DNA of 64,000 nt from Eledone cirrhosa (GCA_964016885.1 OZ024743.1:235848001-235912000); one strand, 5' to 3'. Shown: positions 26,958 through 39,080, counted from the stretch's first letter. Translations and numbers: made by a program. The notes: a model not told the origin generated them from the letters alone.

Positions 26958-29402
26958 TGTAGTGACCTACATACCGCGGGCTAACATACATTCTCTGTGC
27001 GTGATTCGGCTCAGCTCAGCCAATCAGCGCCATTAGAAGAGGATATATCCCTACGCGTTCTGAGGGAGAAATAGCCTGCAGAGATTTGATGACGCCGCCA
27101 CTTCCAGGCTTGACCATGCTAAGTAAACACCGCTTGTTCTTTTGCTCCGCTAGCGCAAACAATATGTAATGACAAAACATTCCTACGGAGCTGGCTAAAC
27201 GCCTTCAGCCAGTTGACCGTATTTTCTCTTGTAATCTTAATTGAATTATTTCATTTCTCTCGGCATGCCAACTGAACTCACTTCTTAACTTCTGTTAATA
27301 AATAATGTAAAACCAAGCAAAAGTCGTTTTCGATATTCCTATCATATCTTTCTACCAAACCTGGTTCCTCGTGGCAACATTACAACTTCTGAAATATACT
27401 TCTCCGCTAAATTGGAATTTACATTTTCAACCAAATTGGTGACAACACATCTCTTACACCAAATTGGTGACCCTTCGACGATAAAGAATTAAAACGCAGC
27501 CCATTTGAATTCGCCAATCGTTTTAACGACAATATGGAGTGGCTTAACATTTGGAATATTCGAATTGGGTTGCTAGACTCGCTTAGCGTAAGTCCAAATA
27601 ATTCATAATATTCCATTTGTTGAAGCACACGACCTGCACAATATTTCTGTCATAGCTTTCTGCTGACTCACGCATACAGACGAATACAGATTGAAAATTA
27701 TTATTGCGAGCATAGTTTGATAAAGACAGAAAAAAAAAAAAAGAATTTAAAAAAAAAAAGAATTTCTCTGGATATGGAATTTTGCTTTCAACGTTCTGTT
27801 GAAATTGCAAATGGAGACTCAAAAATTTTGTTTTCCCGCGTTCAGCTTGTCTGATTGGCTGCATCGTGCATTGTGCCACATGACGGCTTCTTCATCACCG
27901 ACACATTTTTCGATCGGCCATCATGGAAAATCATTTTTTTCTTTAGAATATTTTCAAATTTTCTTTAGAATTTTTTTAGAAAAAAAAAATAGCAGAATTT
28001 CCAAAACTTTACGCCACGAGATTTCAAAACGGCTACCACCAAGTAACAGCCATCAGCGGCTACACATGGCTATATTAACCAACACCAGGAAACGGCTTGT
28101 AACTTTACCGACGCAACCACCATACCTTGTCTCGTTACCACAAGGACTTGAGAAATTAAGACATTAGTTTTCTCACCATTATGGCTGCCATATCGGTGAC
28201 GCTAGGTTCTTCAACGCTCGAATTCGACTCTACAGAAGATTCATTGTGACTTTGCTTTAACAACAATTCTACTAGCTCCCTAGTAGGAACGTTCACAAAG
28301 AAAAAAGAAGCGAACTTTTTGTTAAAAGAAAAGAAATAATTCTTTCTTTCTTCCTTTTTTTTTTTCAGGCATTTATTTTGTACATTTATTTTTTTAAAAC
28401 TGTATTATATGAAATTCATTTCTCTCTATCATTATATATTGACCGCACGCACACATTTTCTTTGCTGTATTACATGGAACTGCAATTCACCTACAGATTC
28501 GACTTGCTTTTTTTTTTCCTTATCAAAGCAACAAGCCACTTTTTCCTGGCTCCATAGATGGGAGGCCATCATTCTCTTGCCAGCACTGGTAAACTACCAT
28601 AATAGCTTCGTTCACAGCTACTGGTACAACGCTTACAATTAACATTTAATGCAAGAACAGCAACTTCGCCCATGTCAGACTTTATCTGTTTTCTGGTAGA
28701 CCTTTGTTATCACGTATAAACTACAAAACAGCTAGTCATTTGACAGCGGCTCAACACGGCCCGTCGCGCCTATTTTTTTTTGTTCTTGCATGCATCTTTC
28801 TGCTCAATTATTTTTTCATTGAGGTGCTCTTTCAGCATTTGTTCTTGCTGATTCAATTATCTATGGGTACTCGGCTGAAAATCTGCTCGGAGGTGATATA
28901 GTGACCTACATTCCGCGGGCTCACATACATTCTCTGTGCGTGATTTGGCTCAGCTCAGCCAATCAGCGCCAGTAGAAGAGGATGTATCACTACGCGTTCT
29001 GAGGGAGAAATAGCCCGCAAAGATTTGAGGACGCCACCACTTCCAGGCTTGACCATGCTAAGTAAACACCGTTTGTTCTTTTGCTCCGCCAGCGCAAACA
29101 ATATGTAACGACAAAACATTCCTACGGAGTTGGCTAAACGCCTTCAGCCAGTTGACCATATTTTCTCTTGTAATCTTAATTGAATTATTTCATTTCTCTC
29201 GGCATGCCAACTTAACTCACTTCTTAACTTCTGTTAATAAATAATGTAAAACCAAGCAAAAGTCGTTTTCGATATTCCTATCATATCTTTCTACCAAACC
29301 TGGTTCCTCGTGGCAACATTACAACTTCTGAAATATACTTCTCCGCTAAATTGGAATTTACATTTTCAACCAAATTGGTGACAACACATCTCTTACACCA
29401 AA
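26958..29402 (+). mobile_element. Non-autonomous LTR retrotransposon (Gypsy-like, ~2.4 kb)
   Basis: 506-bp direct repeats at 26958-27463 and 28897-29402; PBS-like TGGTGACCC at 27465 (tRNA-Trp-like); weak purine-rich GGAGGTGA before the 3' LTR; 4-bp TSD ATAG; no intact internal ORF. Confidence 0.85.
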
Positions 29403-30485
29403 ATAGTATAATGGTGTGGTGGTTGTGTCATAGTATAATGGTGTGGTGTGGTGGTTGTGTCATAGTGTAATGGTGTGGTGGTTATGTCATAGCATAATGG
29501 TGTGGTGGTTATGTCATAGTATAATGGTGTGGTGTGGTGGTTGTGTCATAGTATAATGGTGTGGTGTGGTGGTTGTGTCATACTATAATGGTGTGGTGTG
29601 GTGGTTGTGTCATAGTATAATGGTGTGGTGTGGTGGTTGTGTCATAGTATAATGGTGTGGTGTGGTAGCAGAGCACAATGGTATGGCATAGTGACTTAGC
29701 ACATTGGTTATATAGTAACACTAGGTGATACATGGTAGTATAATGATTATAGAGTAGCAGCAATGGTATAGTGTGGTGACAGAGCACAATGGTATGGTGT
29801 GGTGCCATACCACAATGGTATAGAGCAGTTCCATACCACAATGGTATGGCAGGGTGTCATAATATAATGGTATGGTGTCATACCACAATGATATGGGGTA
29901 GAGTCATACGAATATGGTATTTTTTGGTGCCACAATACATTGGTTTACAGAGTGTACCGGGTGCATTTTATTGTGGCCCCAGCACAACCCTGAAGATTTC
30001 CCCTATGTCAGTTTGTTCAATACCAACTTACAGGGGCTACTGAGTGACTCCCATATGTGTGTCGAACCCATGCAAGCATGGAAAAACAGATGTACAACAG
30101 TGATGATATATGTATATGTGTGTCTGTGTGTGTGTGTGTGTATGTGTGTGTAATTAGCGACAACAGTGATGATATATGTATGTATATGTGTGTGTGTAAT
30201 TAGTTACAAGGTACTTAAGTTTTGTTGGGTTATACTCCCCAACTTATCCAGCCTGTCATATAAACCATATTTAACTCATCCTATGGACTAAGTGCTCTTA
30301 TCCTTGGATATTTATATCAAACTTGTACTACTGTATATATATATATATATATATGCAAAAGTTTTATTTGAAATTGTTGGGATACAACAAGTAAATATTT
30401 TATAACTGATATAAAACACTCGACAAGTTTTTGGAGTAGATATACGATATTAAATAAATGGAAATTATATTTATAAAACCATATT

Positions 30486-30550
30486 TATTTCATTATACAT
30501 ATTTCAGGGATACCAAATTAAAATATGGCATGCCTTCGTCAGATAAAATA
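30486..30550 (-). ncRNA. Type I hammerhead ribozyme motif (copy 1a)
   Basis: Exact reverse complement of 30626-30690. Confidence 0.75.
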
Positions 30551-30625
30551 CAAGACAGCTTCCAAAAATAATGGTTGCTTCTAATAGGGTACGTCAAAAT
30601 TATTTATAAAACTGTTTATATATTG

Positions 30626-30690
30626 TATTTTATCTGACGAAGGCATGCCATATTTTAATTTGGTATCCCTGAAATATGTATAATGAAATA
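30626..30690 (+). ncRNA. Type I hammerhead ribozyme motif (copy 1b)
   Basis: Helix I TATTTTAT/ATGAAATA; CTGACGA; helix II AGG.ATGCCA/TGGTAT.CCT; GAAA; short near-palindromic helix III TATGTA; TA cleavage site. Confidence 0.75.
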
Positions 30691-30800
30691 AATATGGTTT
30701 TATAAATATAGTTTCCATTTATTTAATACCATATATATATATATATATATATATATTTCGTTTCTGAATTCCTATTGGCAACATGACCCTCCCAAAGTAT

Positions 30801-30831
<31 letters not shown>

Positions 30832-30918
30832 GTCACTCTAACCTGTCTTACATCTACATACGGAAAGTGGTATTAATTGTGGATTATGGTGATGATGCTG
30901 CTGTATATATATATATGG

Positions 30919-30948
<30 letters not shown>

Positions 30949-30949
<1 letters not shown>

Positions 30950-31001
30950 AGATTCTACAGTACTAGAACTGTTTCATTCTTTAGAAATCATCAGGAATCT
31001 C
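30949..31001 (-). ncRNA. Type I hammerhead ribozyme motif (copy 2a)
   Basis: Minus strand reads AGATTC CTGATGA TTTCTAAAGAAT GAAA CAGT-TCTAGT-ACTG TA GAATCT. Confidence 0.8.
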
Positions 31002-31025
31002 TATATATATATATGGTATATATAT

Positions 31026-31132
31026 CATCATCATCATCATCATCATCATCAGGTTTAGCGTCCGTGTTCCACGCTTGCATGGGTTTGGACGGGGGTTTTC
31101 CCACTTGAGGCAAGAGTGGTTGTCTTGCTCGC
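31026..31132 (-). mobile_element. RTE family B 3' tail only (~105 bp)
   Basis: (CAT)n then CGTCCGTGTTCCACGCTTGCATGGG...GTCTTGCTCGC. Confidence 0.9.
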
Positions 31133-31170
31133 ATATATATATATATATATATATACCATATATATATAGA

Positions 31171-31223
31171 GAGATTCCTGATGATTTCTAAAGAATGAAA
31201 CAGTTCTAGTCCTGTAGAATCTC
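31171..31223 (+). ncRNA. Type I hammerhead ribozyme motif (copy 2b)
   Basis: Helix I GAGATTC/GAATCTC (7 bp); CTGATGA; helix II TTC/GAA with a U-U closing mismatch; GAAA; helix III CAG/CTG; TA. Confidence 0.8.
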
Positions 31224-31265
<42 letters not shown>

Positions 31266-31649
31266 ATATATATATATATATACAGCAGCATCATCACCAT
31301 AATCCATAATTAATACCACTTTTCGTATGTAGAGGTAAGACAGGTTTTGTCCACCCACAACATGTCAGATTAAGTTTTCAAATCTTCCAGTTCTAAACAG
31401 AAGAGAAAGTAAGGTGGTAGCATGCTGGTGGTGGGCAGTGGAGATTGTGTGTGGATAGTAGTGGTGGTGGTAGCAGGCAGTAAAGGCTGTCTGTCTGTGT
31501 AATCATTATTCACCTTACCATGATTGTGTTGGACAAGCCCTCTCCAGTCCTGGCTGCCTTCACAAATATTCCTTTGTCCTCTTCTCCCTGAGTTTCATTA
31601 AGATCAGTTCTAATCACCTGGCTCTATCTACAGTCACCTGTCATCTGGT

Positions 31650-34600
31650 TGGTACCTAGCTTCAGCCACTCTAACCATCAGTAAATCTAACCTGGTACTT
31701 AGCTCCAGACACTCTAACCATCAGTAAATCTAACCTGGTACCTAGATTCAGACACTTTAACCATCAGTAAATCTAACCTGGTACCTAGCTTCAGCCACTC
31801 TAACCATCAGTAAATCTAACCTGCTACCTAGCCCCAGCCTCTCTAACCATCAGTAAATCTAACCTGGTACCTAGATCCAGACACTCTAGCCATCAGTAAA
31901 TCTAACCTGGTACCTAGCTCCAGCCACTCTAACCATCAGTAAATCTAACCTGGTACCTAGATCCAGACACTCTAACCATCAGTAAATCTAAACTGGTACC
32001 TAGATTCAGACACTCTAACCATCAGTAAATCTAACCTGGTACCTAGATTCAGACACTTTAACCATCAGTAAATCTAACCTGGTACCTAGCTTCAGCCACT
32101 CTAACCATCAGTAAATCTAACCTGCTACCTAGCCCCAGCCTCTCTAACCATCAGTAAATCTAACCTGGTACCTAGATCCAGACACTCTAGCCATCAGTAA
32201 ATCTAACCTGGTACCTAGCTCCAGCCACTCTAACCATCAGTAAATCTAACCTGGTACCTAGATCCAGACACTCTAACCATCAGTAAATCTAAACTGGTAC
32301 CTAGATTCAGACACTCTAACCATCAGTAAATCTAACCTGGTACCTAGCTTCAGTCACTCTAACCATCAGTAAATCTAACCTGGTACCTAGCTCCAGCCAC
32401 TCTAACCATCAGGTCTAACCTGGTACCTAGCTCCAGCCACTCTAACCATCAGGTCTAACCTGGTACCTAGCTTCAGTCACTCTAACCATCAGTAAATCTA
32501 ACCTGGTACCTAGCTTCAGTCACTCTAGCCATCAGTAAATCTAACCTGGTACCTAGCTCCAGCCACTCTAACCATCAGGTCTAACCTGGTACCTAGCTTC
32601 AGTCACTCTAACCATCAGTAAATCTAACCTGGTACCTAGCTCCAGCCACTCTAACCATCAGTAAATCTAACCTGGTACCTAGCTTCAGTCACTCTAGCCA
32701 TCAGTAAATATAACCTGGTACCTAGCTCCAGCCACTCTAACCATCAGGTCAAACCTGGTACCTAGCTTCAACCACTCTAACCATCAGTAAATCTAACCTG
32801 GTACCTAGCTTCAGTCACTCTAACCATCAGTAAATCTAACCTGGTACCTAGCTCCAGCCACTCTAACCATCAGTAAATCTAACCTGGTACCTAGATTCAG
32901 TCACTCTAACCATCAGTAAATCTAACCTGGTACCTAGCTTCAGCCACTCTAGCCATCAGTAAATCTAACCTGGTACCTAGCTCCAGCCACTCTAACCATC
33001 AGGTCTAACCTGGTACCTAGCTTCAGTCACTCTAACCATCAGGTCTAACCTGGTACCTAGCTCCAGCCACTCTAACCATCAGTAAATCTAACCTGGTACC
33101 TAGCTTCAGACACTGTAACCATCAGCAAATCTAACCTGGTACCTAGCTCCAACCACTCTAACCATCAGTAAATCTAACCTGCTACCTAGCTTTAGTCACT
33201 CTAACCATCAGTAAATCTAACCTGGTACCTAGCTCCAGCCACTCTAACCATCAGTAAATCTAACCTGGTACCTAGCTTCAGACACTGTAACCATCAGCAA
33301 ATCTAACCTGGTACCTAGCTCCAACCACTCTAACCATCAGTAAATCTAACCTGCTACCTAGCTTTAGTCACTCTAACCATCAGTAAATCTAACCTGGTAC
33401 CTAGCTTCAGCCACTCTAGCCATCAGTAAATCGAACACGGTACCTAGCTCCAGCCACTCTAACCATCAGGTCTGACCTGGTACCTAGCTTCAGCCACTCT
33501 AACCATCAGTAAATCTAACCTGGTACCTCGCTTCAGTCACTCTAGCCATCAGTAAATCTAACCTGGTACCTAGATCCAGACACTCTAACCATCAGTAAAT
33601 CTAACCTGGTACCTAGCTTCAGAGACTCTAGCCATGAGTAAATCTAACCTGGTACCTAGCTCCAGCCACTCTAACCATCAGGTCTAACCTGGTACATAGC
33701 TTCAGCCACTCTAACCACCAGGTCTAACCTGGTACCTAGCTTCAGTCACTCTAACCATCAGTAAATCTAACCTGGTACCTAGCTCCAGCCACTCTAACCA
33801 TCAGTAAATCTAACCTGGTACCTAGCTTCAGTCACTCTAGCCATCAGTAAATATAACCTGGTACCTAGCTTCAGTCACTCTAGCCATCAGTAAATCTAAC
33901 CTGGTACCTAGATTCAGTCACTCTAACCATCAGTAAATCTAACCTGGTACCTAGCTTCAGCCACTCTAGCCATCAGTAAATCTAACCTGGTACCTAGCTC
34001 CAGCCACTCTAACCATCAGGTCTAACCTGGTACCTAGCTTCAGTCACTCTAACCATCAGGTCTAACCTGGTACCTAGCTCCAGCCACTCTAACCATCAGT
34101 AAATCTAACCTGGTACCTAGCTTCAGACACTGTAACCATCAGCAAATCTAACCTGGTACCTAGCTCCAACCACTCTAACCATCAGTAAATCTAACCTGGT
34201 ACCTAGCTTCAGACACTGTAACCATCAGCAAATCTAACCTGGTACCTAGCTCCAACCACTCTAACCATCAGTAAATCTAACCTGCTACCTAGCTTTAGTC
34301 ACTCTAACCATCAGTAAATCTAACCTGGTACCTAGCTTCAGCCACTCTAGCCATCAGTAAATCTAACACGGTACCTAGCTCCAGCCACTCTAACCATCAG
34401 GTCTGACCTGGTACCTAGCTTCAGCCACTCTAACCATCAGTAAATCTAACCTGGTACCTCGCTTCAGTCACTCTAGCCATCAGTAAATCTAACCTGGTAC
34501 CTAGATCCAGACACTCTAACCATCAGTAAATCTAACCTGGTACCTAGCTTCAGAGACTCTAGCCATGAGTAAATCTAACCTGGTACCTAGCTCCAGCCAC

Positions 34601-36101
34601 TCTAACCATCAGGTCTAACCTGGTACATAGCTTCAGCCACTCTAACCACCAGGTCTAACCTGGTACCTAGCTTCAGCCACTCTAACCATCAGTAAATATA
34701 ACCTGGTCCCTATCTTCAGTCACTCTAACCATCAGGTCTAACCTGGTACCTAGATTCAGACAATCTAACCATCAGTAAATCTAACCTGGTACCTAGCTTC
34801 AGCCACTCTAACCATCAGTAAATCTAACCCGGTACCTAGCTCCAGCCACTCTAACTATCAGTAAATCTAACCTGGTACCTAGCTTTAGTCACTCTAGCCA
34901 TCAGTAAATCTAACCTGGTACCTAGCTTCAGTCACTCTAACCATCAGGTCTAACCTGGTACCTAGCTCCAGCCACTCTAACCATCAGGTCTAACCTGGTA
35001 CATAGCTTCAGCCACTCTAACCATCAGGTCTAACCTGGTACCTAGCTCCAGCCACTCTAACCATCAGTAAATATAACCTGGTCCCTAGCTTCAGTCACTC
35101 TAACAGTCATGTCTAACCTGGTACCTAGATTCAGACACTCTAACCATCAGTAAATCTAACCTGGTACCTAGCTTCAGACACTCTAGCCATCAGTAAATCT
35201 AACCTGGTACCTAGCTCCAGCCACTCTAACCATCAGGTCTAACCTGGTACCTAGCTTCAGTCACTCTAACCATCAGGTCTAACCTGGTACCTAGCTCCAG
35301 CCACTCTAACCATCAGTAAATCTAATCTGGTACCTAGCTTCAGACACTCTAGCCATCAGTAAATCTAACCTGGTATCTAGCTTCAGTCACTCTAACCATC
35401 AGTAAATCTAACTTGGTATCTAGCCTCAGCCACTCTAACCATCAGTAAATCTAACCTGGTACCTAGATTCAGACACTCTAACCATCAGTAAATCTAATCT
35501 GGTACCTAGCTTCAGACACTCTAGCCATTAGTAAATCTAACCTGGTACCTAGCTCCAGCCACTCTAACCATCAGGTCTAACCTGGTACCTAGCTTCAGCC
35601 ACTCTAACCATCAGTAAATCTAACCTGGTACCTAGCTCCAGCTCCTCTAACCATCAGTAAATCTAACCTGGTAGCTAGCTCCAGCCACTCTAGCCATCAG
35701 TAAATCTAACCTGGTACCTAGCTTCAGCCACTCTAACCATCAGTAAATCTAACCTGGTACCTAGCTCCAGCCACTCTAACCATCAGGTCTAACCTGGTAC
35801 CTAGCTCTAGTCACTCTAACCATCAGTAAATCTAACCTGGTACCTAGCTTCAGTCACTCTAACCATCAGTAAATCTAACCTGGTACCCAGCTCCAGCCAC
35901 TCTAGCCATCAGTAAATCTAACCTGGTACCTAGCTTCAGTCACTCTAGCAATCAGTAAATCTAACCTGGTACCTAGCTTCAGACACTCTAGCAATCAGTA
36001 AATCTAACCTGGTACCTAGCTTCAGACACTCTAGCCATCAGTAAATCTAACCTGGTACCTAGCTCCAGCCACTCTAACCATCAGTAAATCTAACCTGGTA
36101 C
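31650..36101. repeat. 43/40-bp satellite array (~4.4 kb, roughly 100 units)
   Basis: Unit CTAACCATCAGTAAATCTAACCTGGTACCTAGCTCCAGCCACT; the short variant has CAGGTCTAACC. Confidence 0.97.
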
Positions 36102-38773
36102 ATCGTTATGCTAGCAGGAGACTTCAATGGTCATGTTGGACAGCTCCAGGATGGTTACACTGGGGTACATGGTGGGCACGGTTACGGTTCAAGAAATGAA
36201 GGAGTGAGACTTCTTGAATTTTGTGATGCAGGTACGTTGACTATTTGCAACACAAACTTCCAGAAACCTTCCAATCACCTAATAACCTACAAATCTGGTG
36301 AGCACATAAGCCAGATTGACTTCTTACTAGTTAGGCAGCGGGACAGGCAGATAGTGTCTAATACCAAGGCATACCCTGGGGAAGAATGTACCCCCACAGC
36401 ATAGGTTAGTTGTTAGTGATATCTCAGTAAGCAAAAGATGGAATGAGACATATAGGAAGGTGTGGAGAAGAAAGGTCTGGAAGCTAAAAGACCTTTCACT
36501 AAAATACAAATTTAGGAAAGCCCTTCAAGATGTATATGACAAAAAAGAAGACGATTTAGAGACGTATGACATAGATAATAACTGGAATTTCTTACGTGAC
36601 AATTTGCTGCAGGCTACTGATGAAAATTTGTGGCTGGAGCAGAGCTCCAACCAGACAGAGATTGACCTGGTGGTGGAACAGCACACTAGATAAGGCTATT
36701 AGAGACAAAAGACTAGCATGGAAGGCTCGGAAAAAGGGTGGGAGTAGGGAAGAATATACAGCCACTAAGAGAGAAGCTAGATGTCAGGTGTACTTAGCAC
36801 GCAGGGAGGCAGAGAGTAGGAGGTTTGCCAATGTTCTGCGACGGGAAGATCAGAGGCGTGTGGTGTTCCACATTGCAAGGCAGTGTGTCAATGCAAATCA
36901 GGATGTTGTTGGGGATAAATGTGTCCGGGATGATGCCGGTGTACTTAGTGTCACGAATGATCAGAAAAAGGAGGCCTGGAAATGTCATTATGAGAGACTG
37001 ATGAATGTGGAGAACAAATGGGAGAGAGAGAAATTGCCCTTGGTAGATCCGACAGAGGGACCAGCTATTGAGATTGACGAATATAGGGTCCAAGAGGCGA
37101 TTAGGGAAATGAAAAATGGTAAGGCTGCCGGACCATCGGGAATAGTTGCTGAGATGCTGAAGGCATCAGGGGACGTAGGCACTAAACTGGTTGCACGCAT
37201 CATCAATCAGGCTATATATAGTGGTGTCATACCCAAAGACTGGTGCAGCAGTATTCTTATAAATTACTACAAAGGTAAAGGGGATGCTTTGGAGAGGATC
37301 AATTATAGGGGTATAAAACTGATAGATCAGGTTATGAAAGTGGCAGAAAGGATTTTAGCACAACTAATTAGAGGAAGGGTCAAACTAGATGAGATGCAGT
37401 TTGGTTTTGTGCCTGGGAAGAGTACAACAGATGCCCTCTTCTTGGTGAGACAATTGCAAGAGAGGTTCTTAGAGAAGAATAAGCCACTATACTTAGCCTT
37501 TGTTGACCTAGAGAAGGCCTTTGATAGGGTACCCCGATCTGTCATCTGGTGGTCCCTAAGGAAGCTGGGTGTTGAGGAATGGCTTGTGAGGACAGTGCAA
37601 ACTTTGTACAGAGGTACTCTCAGTAAAGTCAGGGTAGGAATGGAGTTTAGTGAGGAATTCCAGATACAAGTAGGAGTACATCAGGGTTCGGTCCTCAGCC
37701 CGCTCTTGTTCATTATAGTCCTCCAAGCCATAACAGAGGAGTTTAAGACTGGCTGTCCATGGGAACTTCTCTATGCTGACAATCTGGTTCTTATAGCAGA
37801 ATCAGTAGAGGAGCTAGAGAATAAATTCTGGCTATGGAAACAGCAGTTGGAAGCAAGAGGACTGAGAGTGAATCTAGCTAAGACAAAAGTGTTGATGAGT
37901 AGAAAAGAGGACAAAACCCTGATTCCGTCAGGGAAATGGCCATGTTAGATATGCAGAAAAGGAACTGGCATAAATTCTATAAAATGCACACAATGCAGAT
38001 CCTGGGTACACAAGAGATGTAGCGGGATAGCAGGCAAACTAACAGGTAGGGAGAAATATGTATGCAGAAGATGTACAGGGAAATTAGACGGTAGAAGTTG
38101 CATTGATAGACACATTTTTCCAATGCAGGTGGGTTCTATAGAAGTGGTTGATAGCTTCCGGTACCTAGGTGATCAGATTAGCATGGGAGGGGGGTGTTTC
38201 GAGACCATAGTATCTAGAATAAGGATGGGCTGGAAGAAGTTTAGAGAGCTGCTTCCTCTGTTGACAAAGAAGGGTTTCTCCCTGCATACAAAAGGACGAT
38301 TATATGATGCCTGTGTGAGGAGCGCGATGCTGCATGGTAGTGAGACATGGGCAGCAACTGCAGAGGATATGCGACGGCTGGAGAGAAATGAGGCAAGCAT
38401 GCTCCGTTGGATGTGCAGTGTAAATGTGCGTGAACGACCCAGCATAAATGTGTTGAGAGAGAAACTGTGTCTGAGAGGGATAGAATGTAGTGTACGGGAG
38501 AGGAGACTGAGGTGGTATGGACATGTGATGCGCATGGAAGATGACCGATGGGTGAAGAAGTGCCAGGAATTGCCAGTTGAAGGAAGACGTGGTAGAGGTA
38601 GACCACAAAAAACATGGGCGGAGGTGGTGAGAACAGACCTCAGATCATTAAAGCTCACGGTGGAGATAACTAAGGACCGTGATGAGTGAAGAGATGCTGT
38701 GCTGAATAAGACCCGTCCCACCCTTGCAAGCAGGGAAAAGCAGACGTAAAATGATGATGATGATGATGATGAT
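36102..38773 (+). mobile_element. RTE LINE family A: partial AP endonuclease plus RT, disrupted
   Basis: AGDFNGHVG, SQIDF, NYRGIKL, DLEKAFD, QGSVLSP, YADN (mutated), FRYLG; contains stops and frameshifts; (GAT)n tail. Confidence 0.95.
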
Positions 38774-38782
38774 ACATACATA

Positions 38783-39078
38783 CATCATCATCATCATCGT
38801 TTAACGTCCATGTTCCACGCTTGCATGGGTATGGACGGGGGTTTTCCCACTTGAGGCAAGAGTGGTTGTCTTGCTCGCATAGGACTGTCTGGCGGGTTTT
38901 CTACAGCTGGATGCCCTTCCTAACACCAACCACATTTACAGTGTGGGGCTGGGAGGTTTTTACCGTGTTGCCTACACAGCCACATTTACAGCGTGGACTG
39001 TGTGTTTTTTTGTCGTGACACCTACACGATCTCATTTGTTTCGGCCTGGATGTTGTGGGACCAACATAACTTTACATT
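38783..39078 (-). mobile_element. RTE family B 3' UTR, tail-to-tail with the family A copy
   Basis: Matches 12001-12300. Confidence 0.9.
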
Positions 39079-39080
39079 AC

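Larger units (their letters stand above)
22675..29665. repeat. 27/32-bp GT-rich minisatellite interrupted by LTR sequences
   Basis: Unit GTATAATGGTGTGGTGGTTGTGTCATA, with or without an extra GTGTG; degenerate continuation to about 29900. Confidence 0.97.

Noticed and set aside
27464-28896. gag/pol ORFs inside the LTR element
   Set aside because: Only short ORFs with no reliable motifs; interrupted by A/T runs.
22675-36101. Minisatellite and satellite arrays resembling CRISPR
   Set aside because: No unique spacers, no cas genes, and a eukaryotic context.
38173-38781. Recurrent antisense ORFs over RTE 3' regions
   Set aside because: Shadow frames of the RT coding strand, repeated only because the elements are homologous.
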